DNA of 64,000 nt from Macrostomum lignano (lineage: Eukaryota): the NCBI GenBank assembly GCA_002269645.1, contig NIVC01002891.1, forward strand, positions 67,522-131,521, written 5' to 3'. Position 1 is the first letter of the stretch; each line of letters begins with the position of its first letter. Made by a program: the position numbers and the translations under genes. Positions 55,901 through 64,000 of this stretch are shown one piece after another. The notes under the pieces were generated by a model. That model saw only the letters and a list, made by a program, of their open reading frames with translations. It had not been told where the DNA came from and did not search any database.

Positions 55901-58900
55901 CTGGAAGGCAGCCAACACCGGTACTGAAAGCAGCAACGACAACTGGAAGGCAGCCAACACCGGATCTGAGAGCAACGACAACTGGAAGGCAGCCAATACC
56001 GGTACTGAAAGCAGCAATAACTGGAAGGCAGCCAACACCGGTACTGAGAGCAGCAACGACAACTGGAAGGCAGCCAACACCGGTTCTGAGAGCAGCAACG
56101 ACAACTGGAAGGCAGCCAACACCGGATCTGAAAGCAACAACGACAACTGGAAGGCAGCCAACACCGGTTCTGAGAGCAGCAACGACAACTGGAAGGCAGC
56201 CAACACCGGTTCTGAGAGCAACAACGACAACTGGAAGGCAGCCAACACCGGTACTGAAAGCAGCAACGACAACTGGAAGGCAGCCAACACCGGTACTGAA
56301 AGCAGCAACGACAACTGGAAGGCAGCCAACACCGGATCTGAGAGCAACGACAACTGGAAGGCAGCCAACACCGGATCTGAGAGCAACGACAACTGGAAGG
56401 CAGCCAATACCGGTACTGAAAGCAGCAATAACTGGAAGGCAGCCAACACCGGTACTGAGAGCAGCAACGACAACTGGAAGGCAGCCAACACCGGTTCTGA
56501 GAGCAGCAACGACAACTGGAAGGCAGCCAACACCGGATCTGAAAGCAACAACGACAACTGGAAGGCAGCCAACACCGGATCTGAAAACAACGATAACTGG
56601 AAGGCAGCCAACACCGGATCTGAGAGCAACGACAACTGGAAGGCAGCCAACACCGGTACTGAAAGCAGCAACAACTGGAAGGCAGCCAACACCGGTACTG
56701 AAAGCAGCAACGACAACTGGAAGGCAGCCAACACCGGATCTGTAAGCAACAACGACAACTGGAAGGCAGCCAACACCGGATCTGAGAGCAACGACAACTG
56801 GAAGGCAGCCAACACCGGTACTGAGAGCAACAACGACAACTGGAAGGCAGCCAACACCGGTTCTGAAAGCAACGACAACTGGAAGGCAGCCAACACCGGT
56901 TCTGAAAGCAACGACAACTGGAAGGCAGCCAACACCGGTTCTGAAAGCAACGACAACTGGAAGGCAGCCAACACCGGTACTGAAAGCAACGACAACTGGA
57001 AGGCAGCCAACACCGGTACTGAAAGCAGCAACAACTGGAAGGCAGCCAACACCGACTTCCAGTCAGCCAGCAGCGAGAGCAAAGACAGCAACTACATTGA
57101 GTACAAGACAAACAGTCAGCTGGGCTCAGACTCTGAGAGTTCCTTCAATGCCAAAAAGAAGGGCGGCGCGAGCGGTGCCGAATTTAGCAAGCAGTACAAC
57201 ACTTTCGACAATGCCTACAGCGACAGCAGCGACCAGCAGCAGCAGCAACAAGAACAGCAGGAAGTCGGTAGCGCCAATCTCAACAGTTACGACTGGAACT
57301 TCGGCGACAACAATGAACTCCGCGCTGATTACTGAGCGCTTTGAATTGGCTTTTGATGTCAATGCGAACTTCATGCTGTTACTGAAGTCGTTTCTTTCGT
57401 TTGATTTCTGATTAGTAATGATTCGTTGTTTTTGTTCAAAATATACCACTTGTTGATAAAACAATTTGCTTGGTTTTTGTCGCTGATTTTTGACTGACTT
57501 ATGAAAATAGGGTTAAAAAACAAGTATTTTATAGATTTGAAAGTACATGGGATGGATGGAAAAATGGAAATCACTAGGTATATTGTGGATAGTTTCTCGT
57601 CAATATAGGATTTCCGATGTTGTGAAGCTAATGTGAATACCGAAGATAATGTATGGCATCATTCTAATAAGAGCCTATACAAGCAGTTGCTTGGATTATA
57701 CACTGCGTGTTCTGAATTCTGAACATTTTGGAGTGTGCGGATCCCTCAGTAACATGGGGTATTCCCTTAGTGACCTGGGTATTCCCTTAGTGACATGGGT
57801 ATTCCCTTAGTGACATGGGGTATTCCCTTAGTGACATGGGTATTCCCTTAGTGACATGGGGTATTCCCTTAGTGACATGGGGTATTCCCTTGGTGACATG
57901 GGGTATTCCCTTAGTGACATGGGGTATTCCCTCAGTAAAATGAGGGAATTATGTATTCCCTCCTTATTTCAACATAAAAACTCATCCAGTCTCCTCCCTC
58001 ATCAAACTGCAAATCTCAGGCCCACCTGCAAATCCCCATCTGGCCAAGGAGGCGCAGCGACTGTACAGTCCGCTGACGGGCCGCCTGGTGGCCGGTGGCG
58101 ACGCTGCAGCGACATCTGCCATCGGCAAGCTGGAGCTGCTGCAGGGCTCCGTGATAAGCATGCTGTGCCGCATCCTGCAGACTCAGGACCGAGCCGCTGT
58201 GCAGGCCTGGCTGATGGCCGCTTCGCCTAGAGAGCGCGAACTCGTGACCGACATTATCCAATCCTCGGTGGCCAACCGGGACGAGTATTTTGTGGTGAGG
58301 CTCGACTGAGTTAATTGGGTAGAATTTTACTGCCGAAACTCGGCTGAGATAGAGAGACTTGAGCATAATTATAGGGGAGTAGAGGAAGGGAGAAGGGGAG
58401 TAGAGTGAGGGAGAAGGGGAGTAGAGTGAGGGAGAAGGGGAGTAGAGTGAGGGAGAAGGGGAGTAGAGTGAGGGAGAAGGGAGTAGAGTGAGGGAGAAGG
58501 GGAGTAGAGTGAGGGAGAAGGGGAGTAGAGTGAGGGAGAAGGGGAGTAGAGTGAGGGAAAAGGGGAGTAGAGTGAGGGAGAAGGGGAGTAGAGTGAGGGA
58601 GAAGGGGAGTAGAGTGAGGGAGAAGGGGAGTAGAGTGAGGGAGAAGGGGAGTAGAGGGAGGGAGAAGTGAAGTAGAGTGAGGGAGAGAGAGAAAGAGAAA
58701 ATAAATGAATGAGAAACAGAAATACTTTGCGCAATAAAAGATTTCCATCAGAGCAGCCAATACCCACCAACCTCCAGCAGGAGTCGCTGCCGGCCGCATG
58801 CAGCATCTGCCGCACCGAGTCCAGGCTGCCAACGCGGAGCTCGAGAAAGACTGTCACCACCGACAGCGGCAGTGGCGGCGACGGCGCCACCAAGCCGTCA

Positions 58901-59573
58901 ACGGCTGCCGAGTCGGCGGGGAACTCGGCGAGTTCCAGCCGGCAGCCGACCGCGGTCCAGCTGAGTCTTGAAGGCGGCCTGACCGGGACGGGAAAACCGT
59001 GGGCTGCCCGCGCTGCCGCTCTGACCCCGGTGGCGGCGGCCGGCCGGAGGACCAGCCTGCCCTCGCTGCTGGCTGGGAAGGGGGGACCGTGGCAGAAGAA
59101 AGTGAGGGGGAGGGGCGGATGGGGAGAGGCGAAAGAGGATGAGGAAGGTGGAAGGAGGAAGGCGGACGGTAGAAAAAGAGCTGATGGCAGAGACATGGGC
59201 AGATAAAGGGGAAGGAAAGGGAATGGGAGCGGAAGGGGCGAATAGGGGGAGGATGGGGCGAATAGGGGGAAGATGGGGCGAATAGGGGGAGGATGGGGCG
59301 GATAGGGGGAGGATAAGGCGGATAGTAGAAGGATAAGGCGGATAGTAGAAGGATAAGGCGGATAGTAGAAGGATAAGGCGGATAGGAGGAGGATGGGGCG
59401 GATAAGGGGAAGGATGGGGCGGATAGGGGAGAGAAATGCAGGGAAAGTATCAAGTGCACTATTTTTTTAACTATTTATGATACCTTTTTTGATTGCAATT
59501 CCTTCAGATTGCGCCAGTGACAGCACTGGCAATTGAGAATCGGCGATTCAAAAGAAAAACTGATTTTTACTAA
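49926..59573 (+). CDS. TBATA: TBATA/SPATIAL-like protein; exons 49926-50098, 51370-51617, 58020-58294, 58778-59101, 59508-59573 (~360 aa)
   Basis: Motifs [66 protein letters not shown] match the SPATIAL family as recalled; intron phases 2,1,0,0 are consistent with GT/AG sites. Confidence 0.65.
50100..51150. repeat. 16-bp then 21-bp intronic minisatellites
   Basis: (GAGTTCCTTTGTTGCT)n then (GAGTACCTGTTCGTGGGTGCT)n. Confidence 0.95.
51735..52145. repeat. 12-bp minisatellite
   Basis: (CCTGCCTCTCTC)n. Confidence 0.9.
52731..57335 (+). CDS. Intronless secreted tandem-repeat protein, 1534 aa, unknown function, nested in TBATA-like intron 2
   Basis: Uninterrupted ORF; signal peptide [21 protein letters not shown]; block 1 ([14 protein letters not shown])n, block 2 ([14 protein letters not shown])n, unique C-terminus; indels among repeats are codon multiples; TATAAA at ~52652. 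Confidence 0.85.
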   Translation: MSARLRPLLIALALWASLTLAAPPFGTDTGNNGSDDDWKVSETGAGSKDDDLKVFKTGAGSKDDDWKVSKTGAGSKQNAGTKDDDSNVAKTGAAKKNDDWKVSKTNAGSKDDDWKVSKTNPGSKDDDWKVSKTYAGSKDDDWKVSKTNPGSKDDDWKVSKTNAGSKNDDWKVSKTNAGSKNDDWKVSKTNAGSKNDDWKVPKTNPGSKDDDWKVSKTNAGSKNDDWKVPKTNPGSKDDDWKVSKTNAGSKNDDWKVPKTNPGSKDNDWKVSKTNPGSKDDDWKVPKTYAGSKNDDWKVSKTNAGSKNDDWKVSKTNAGSKNDDSRKVSKTNAGSKNDDWKVPKTNPGSKDDDWKVSKTNAGSKNDDWKVPKTNPGSKDNDWKVSKTNPGSKDDDWKVPKTNAGSKNDDWKVSKTNAGSKNDDWKVSKTNAGSKNDDSRKVSRTNAGSKNDDWKVPKTNPGSKDDDWKVSKAVAGNMENTGTKEEDWKVSKTGAGDKEKNTGTKGKDDWKVPKTNAGSKNDDWKVSKTNAGSKNDDWKVPKSGVGSKDDDWKVPKTNAGSKDNDWKVPKTNPGSKDNDWKVPKTNAGSKGDDWKVSKTNAGSKNDDWKVPKSGVGSKDDDWKVPKNGAGSKNDDWKVSKTNAGSKNDDWKVSKTNAGSKNDDWKVSKTNAGSKNDDWKVPKTNTGSKDDDWKVSKTVAGNKENTGTKDYDWKVSKTNAGSKNDDWKVSKTNAGSKNDDWKVSKTNAGSKNDDWKVPKTNTGSKDDDWKVSKTNAGSKNDDWKVPKTNAGSKHDDWKVSETGAAKKDDDLKESKTGAGSKDDDWKVAKTGAESNGKSIWKAASTDSENNNNWKAANTGSESSNDNGKAANTGSESNNENWKAASTGSESNNNWKAANTGSESSNDNGKAANTGTESNNDNWKAANTGSESNNDKWKAANTGSESNNDNWKAANTGSESSNDNWKAANTGTESSNDNWKAANTGSESNDNWKAANTGSESNNDNWKAANTGSESSNDNWKAANTGSESNSDNWKAANTGTESSNDNWKAANTGTESSNDNWKAANTGTESSNDNWKAANTGSESNDNWKAANTGTESSNNWKAANTGTESSNDNWKAANTGSESSNDNWKAANTGSESNNDNWKAANTGSESSNDNWKAANTGSESNNDNWKAANTGTESSNDNWKAANTGTESSNDNWKAANTGSESNDNWKAANTGSESNDNWKAANTGTESSNNWKAANTGTESSNDNWKAANTGSESSNDNWKAANTGSESNNDNWKAANTGSENNDNWKAANTGSESNDNWKAANTGTESSNNWKAANTGTESSNDNWKAANTGSVSNNDNWKAANTGSESNDNWKAANTGTESNNDNWKAANTGSESNDNWKAANTGSESNDNWKAANTGSESNDNWKAANTGTESNDNWKAANTGTESSNNWKAANTDFQSASSESKDSNYIEYKTNSQLGSDSESSFNAKKKGGASGAEFSKQYNTFDNAYSDSSDQQQQQQEQQEVGSANLNSYDWNFGDNNELRADY
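57770..57935. repeat. 21-bp minisatellite
   Basis: (GGGGTATTCCCTTAGTGACAT)n. Confidence 0.9.
58375..58680. repeat. 21-bp purine-rich minisatellite
   Basis: (GAGTAGAGTGAGGGAGAAGGG)n. Confidence 0.9.
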
Positions 59574-59714
59574 TAGTAGCGTGCACCAGCCGTGCCGAAA
59601 GATATCAAACTTAACTTTGCTTTTTTACAAGTACATTGTGTCATTTTCGCAAAAATAAAAAGTGCTCCTAATTGGATAGAGAGATGGAGTAGCTAAACAC
59701 TGTGTATTTTTTCA

Positions 59715-59985
59715 CCATGGTTTCAGGGAGTGCTCTGTCACCATGGTTACGGGGAGTGTTCTGTCATTGTTATGGACAGGGCTCTGTCACCATGGTTACG
59801 GGGAGTGCTCTGTCATGGTTATGGAGACGGCTCTGTCACCATGGTTACGGGGGTGCTCTGTCATGGTTATGGAGACGGCTCTGTCACCATGGTTACGGGG
59901 GGTGCTCTGTCATGGTTACGGAGACGGCTCTGTCACCATGGTTACGGGGGTGCTCTGTCATGGTTACGGACAGGGCTCTGTCAAC
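59715..59985. repeat. Degenerate minisatellite
   Basis: CTCTGTCACCATGGTTACGGGG / CTCTGTCATGGTTATGGAGACGG units. Confidence 0.8.
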
Positions 59986-60149
59986 ACGGTTTCCAACTTA
60001 ATAAACAACGAGAATAAAATAGCCAACAGTTTGAAATCCTAAGCAGAATAATTAAAGGACAAAAGCAGAAAACACGTCAAGGCACTGTTGAGAAGGCAAT
60101 GTGTTATCGAATACTCCGTGCTCCCCAGTCGTGCACCGTGGTTCGCGCA

Positions 60150-61191
60150 TCAGCGGACGAACTTCTGCCAGTTGGCGTCGGTCTCGATGGCGGCCTCCAC
60201 GGCGGCGTCTCCGTACAGAACCTGGCGGCAGGCGCGGGTGGCCCTGTTGAACAGGACGGCCCTGCACGCGCGGTTGGCGGCGCACAGGGACACGCAGTGG
60301 ATCCGGTTCCTGGCTGTGACCTCCTCGCCGCGGCAGCAGAACGGCGAGACGTGCAGCGGCTGGACTGTCGGGCAGGCCTACAGCACGGCCGGCTCGCAGA
60401 TGAAGCCGTAGTTGCTGGTGCACACCGCGTCCGACAGCTACAGCAGGGGATGGATCTTGCTATTGATGATGCTCAGGCAGTCATCTTCGGCATTAAGACT
60501 GTCGGGTCGGCCAGACAGCAGCTCGCCATCGATACTCATCCAGCCTCTGCGAGACGTGCCAGCCTCCTTCAGCATGTCGGTGAAGCCTAAAAAATATCGT
60601 TCACTGTGTGACACCGGCGAGATCAGTGGCGCCAGATCAGGTTGCTCACTGTGCTTCGCACCAGCTCAAGTTCTCAATAGTGTTTGCTGGCCTCACATGT
60701 AGGCAGAATCCGTACTGCAAGGTGAAGTTCTATGGACAACCCGCGCCAGACTCGGCAGCAGGAGCAGCAGAGCCAGCAGCTGAGCTTTTTTTTTTATTTT
60801 TTAGAGGCAGGGGGTTGTGTGCACCTTGGCGCAATTTAAGCGTCATTGGCACACAACCGGCGAGAGGCATTACTGCCCATTCCGCCGACTCCCCTGAGCA
60901 GGCATACAAGCGCGCGCGATACGTTACGCAGGCACACACTCACACAGGAGTGTACAGCGGCCCTAACTTTATCAATTGTTAGGCATGTACACTTCACTGC
61001 GCCTTGGGGGGTTGGCTCTCAAGGCCGTTAATTGCACAAGCGAGCCGAGCCAAGATTCCAATCCAGCCCCAAATTAATGTGGCTGCACTTGGAATCGAGC
61101 CTGGGTCGCGGCACACCAGAGCAGCTGCGCTACCGCTGGGCTACCGCTGGGCTACGGCCCCTAGCAGCTGAGCTTGGATAAAAGCAGACAT
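60150..61191 (-). pseudogene. Signal peptide + C-type lectin + PAN/apple protein, disrupted by a SINE, frameshifts and stops
   Basis: Removing SINE 60788-61162 and one TSD restores MSAFIQAQLLALLLLLPSLA; then GCP*NFTLQYGFCL..SWCEAQ*, GFTDMLKE..DCLSI..L*LSDAVCTSNYGFICE, and PAN HCVSLCAANRACRAVLFNRATRACR; about 6 in-frame stops and 2 frameshifts. Confidence 0.75.
60788..61162 (-). mobile_element. tRNA-derived SINE, same family as 10208-10578
   Basis: Reverse-complement match along its whole length; 13-bp TSD AGCAGCTGAGCTT (60775-60787, 61163-61175); duplicated TAGCCCAGCGG in head. Confidence 0.88.
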
Positions 61192-61796
61192 TGTGAAGGG
61201 CTTGAATTGGTCTAGAATGGCAAATTGACTGCTGAGGCATCTGCGGCTTTAATATCCAAGATGAAGTGGGGTGCAGATGAAGAGACGGGCATTTGTCTCC
61301 GGGGACAGGGGTGAACAGGTGATGTTGGAAGTAGAGAACTGGACGCATGGCGACACAGCGGCTAGTTGCTTTCTGGGGCAGCAATCATTTGTAATAAATT
61401 ATTCAGCCGCTGCCTGCCGACGGGGCTCAAGGCAATGACAATTAAAATGATAAAACACTTCGGACTGCAGTTAGCGAAATGGGCGGCAACGCCTCCTCGC
61501 TGTTTCCGGACGCACGGAGCCCCCTGCAGCTGAGTCAAGTAAGTCAAGATAGAGAATCTGAAATTGAGGCTGAAGAGTCAGGCCTGATGAGGCAGAATAA
61601 GGCCTCGAAACTTTGGAATAATAAATTGGTGGCTGCATTCGCTGCTGTCTGCCCACCAACCCCAGCAGCGTGCACTGCGGCATTGTTGAGTCAGCCAGCT
61701 GTAACTGGGCTCCATCAACAGCTGGTCCAAAAATATTCGAGGACTCGAGCAGGAGGCAAAGGACCCACAGTTTTTTGCCTGTGGGATCGTGACTCA

Positions 61797-62830
61797 TCTT
61801 GTCTTGTCTTGTCAAGCCATTCGACCTCCTAAGAGGCATGCCTCTCATTGGCTTTGAGTCGGTTCCGCGGTGCAGACTTTTCGGTGTCTTGCTATATTTT
61901 TTTGAGATGCTCTTGTTGCAACCTGGGCAAGCAATCTTGGCTCCTCTCGGTACGTCGGTTGGTTCAGGCCTGTCCGTCGTGTCGGCGTCTTGGCTCTCTT
62001 CCTCTTGTTGGTACCCTGTTTGTAGGCCATTGTACTGTGCTCCTGGGCTGGAGACAGTACGGGCAAGTCCCTTTCGGGGCGCCTTTGCAGATCTTCAGGT
62101 GGTTCGTTTCGCTGGCCTTGTTAATTAGGATGTCTCCGCATCTTGGGCACTTCTTCTCCTCTTGTCTCTGTTCTCGATGCATCCTGGTGTTGTGAATCTT
62201 CAGTCCCGTGTGAGTCTTGAACTCTCTGTTGCAGATGATGCAGTATCTGTCCTCTGTTTGACGTCCTGTTTGGTCCTTTGGCATAACTGTGTTCTTGTTC
62301 ATTGCTTTCGTCTCTTCCCATTTTGTTATGTGCTCCACTCTTGCCTTGACTGCCGTTTTCCAAGATCCTCGGTCCCTTGCGATCTGCTCGATGTCGTCCG
62401 GTTCGTATCCAGCTTTTCGTATTACTTTTCGCCAGTAGTCGATGGTTGTTTGTTTGCGCTTTCTCGCTGTCGTCCTTGGTAATCTTCTCTTTGGCCAGCC
62501 CAGAGTCACCTGCTTCGTGATCCGGGAGTTCTCCATGCGGAGCAGGTGGCCGATCCTTTCCAGCGTTCTGATTTCTATTTTACTTTCGATGCTCCTTACT
62601 TGTAGTTGTCCACGTACTTCGAACATGTTCACTCCCCGTTCTTCCATCTCGCGTAGGGGCTGTTGCGTTTTACTGCTCCAGATGTGCCGATGTATCTTGT
62701 CATTTTGATGTTAGAGTGAATCAGCCGCAGCAGATCTCTACATCGGTTTTGGCCTCCTTTGCATTTGCTGCTCCCTTTTTGTTTCCGCACAGCCGAGGCG
62801 TGCGGTCTACGCTTGCTACCGCTAGAAGGT
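61797..62830 (-). mobile_element. RTE-clade LINE 3' fragment with C-terminal zinc fingers
   Basis: IGHLLRMENSRITKQVTLGW..W..AV; CIICNREFKTHTGLKIHNTRMH, CPRC..HLKIC, CPYC, CPGC..RHRKVC; (GACAA)n tail at ~61797-61812; frameshifted. Confidence 0.72.
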
Positions 62831-62869
62831 AGGTGCAGCATGAGCAAGCGGATCATGACTCACCAGCCT

Positions 62870-64000
62870 TCGCCAGCGGCCTCATCATCATCATCATCAT
62901 ATTCTTCTTCTTCTTTTTCTTCTTCTTTTTTTCTTCTTCTTTTTCTTTTTCTTTTTCTTCTTTTTCTTTTTCTTCTTTTTCTTCTTCTTCTTTTTTCTTC
63001 TTTTTCTTCTTCTTCTTCTTTTTCTTCTTTCTCTGATTGCCGTTCTCGCTTTTCGGCTTGGCTCCCTCAGGGCCCTCCGCATGTCCTCTAGTGTCTCGTC
63101 ATGTTGGTTGCCGATAGGTTCTTTCCGCACTCATAAATCGCAGCTCTTTGTTTTCGCTCGATACTTCCTTGGTGGAGTGGTCTGCGTTTCCTGCGCTACT
63201 TCCGGTGCCTGTTTAGGTTGGACGTCCTTACTCTCTTCCCGCACTTCTCGCACGCCGTCTTCCCACTGTCTTCCGGTTCTCCTCTACAGCTCTTTCTATG
63301 ATTTTTTATCGTTGCTTCTTGTGCAAAGGTTTTGCTGCATTTGCTACATTCGAATTGTACCTGCATGCCGTTGACGCGGTGTATTCTTTTTGCCATGTAT
63401 TGTGAGTCCTGCTTTGCTCCTACAGATTTTCTCACACCCTTCATATTCGCATTTGAAGTCCGTCTCTCTCTTCTTTCTCTTTCTTTCTCTCTCTAGGTTT
63501 CGCTTCTGGCTTCTCCTCCGTTTCTTCTGGTGGATGGGACTCTGTAGCGGATTGCTGTCCCTTTCGCCTTCGATCCCCTTAGCTCGACTCCTCTCCCATT
63601 CTTGCATCTCTTTCGTTCTCGTTTCCACAATGGATTTCCACTTCTTCGGGTGCTCCTGATTCCCTCCGGTTTCTTGCACCAGCCTAGTACTGCTTTCTTA
63701 GGCTGCCTCTCGTCTGGCATGCGTAACACGTGACCGATACGAATGAAATGTGCTCGTTCGATCTTCACTCTCACTGATGCTAGGCCTAACTCGTTCCTGA
63801 TGTCTTGCATATTAATGCCCTTCTTCTTTCATCTGTTACAGTAGTGTGCTCTCGATTACATGCTTCAACACTCGTCCTTGCGTTCTTTTGGAGAGTCTAC
63901 ACTTTACGAAGCTCTCTTGCTCCTCTTGCTTCTGATCGTTGCTTTTTTCTTCGAAACGCAGCATCACCTTCATTGTTTCGAGACGCCAGACAATTCTCCG
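62870..64000 (-). mobile_element. Second, diverged RTE-clade LINE 3' fragment (runs off window)
   Basis: IGHVLRMPDERQPKKAVLGW; CEYEGCEKICRSKAGLTIH, CSKCSKTF..NHRKSC, CEKCGK..RHRK; GAA/GAT-rich tail 62870-63040; frameshifts. Confidence 0.72.

Noticed and set aside
52616-57111. Long overlapping ORFs in other frames and on the antisense strand of the repeat protein
   Set aside because: By-products of a stop-poor codon-multiple repeat; only the 52731 frame has a signal peptide, unique termini and full continuity.
60150-60590. Programmed TAG readthrough or recoding in the lectin-PAN gene
   Set aside because: Additional TGA stops, two frameshifts and a SINE insertion indicate plain pseudogenisation; other genes here use the standard code.
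62833-63130. Poly-Phe/Ser and poly-Lys ORFs
   Set aside because: Translation of the GAA-rich LINE tail.

Overview
Eukaryotic (animal) genomic DNA. GC- and CpG-rich exons are separated by introns filled with mini- and microsatellites, which resembles the flatworm Macrostomum (inference from style only). Host genes: SZT2 (minus strand, 13 exons, 21128->3251, continuing off the left edge), intronless MRPS12, TBC1D22 (minus, 5 exons) and a TBATA/SPATIAL-like gene (plus, 5 exons). Two complete secreted-protein genes are nested on the SAME strand inside introns: a signal+PAN+fibrinogen-domain gene in SZT2, and a 1534-aa Trp-periodic two-block repeat protein in the TBATA-like gene. Region 35.3-48.6 kb is a nest of transposons. 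It has an almost CpG-free old background, an intact IR/DR Tc1 element, several MITEs (one carrying heat-shock-element clusters) and a Penelope-like retroelement with hammerhead motifs and a 15-bp target duplication. Also present: two tRNA-derived SINE copies with 13-bp TSDs (one disrupts a C-type lectin+PAN pseudogene), a Helitron-like concatemer, a P-like MITE, RTE-type LINE 3' fragments and many tandem arrays. All exon boundaries and counts were derived by hand and need confirmation.
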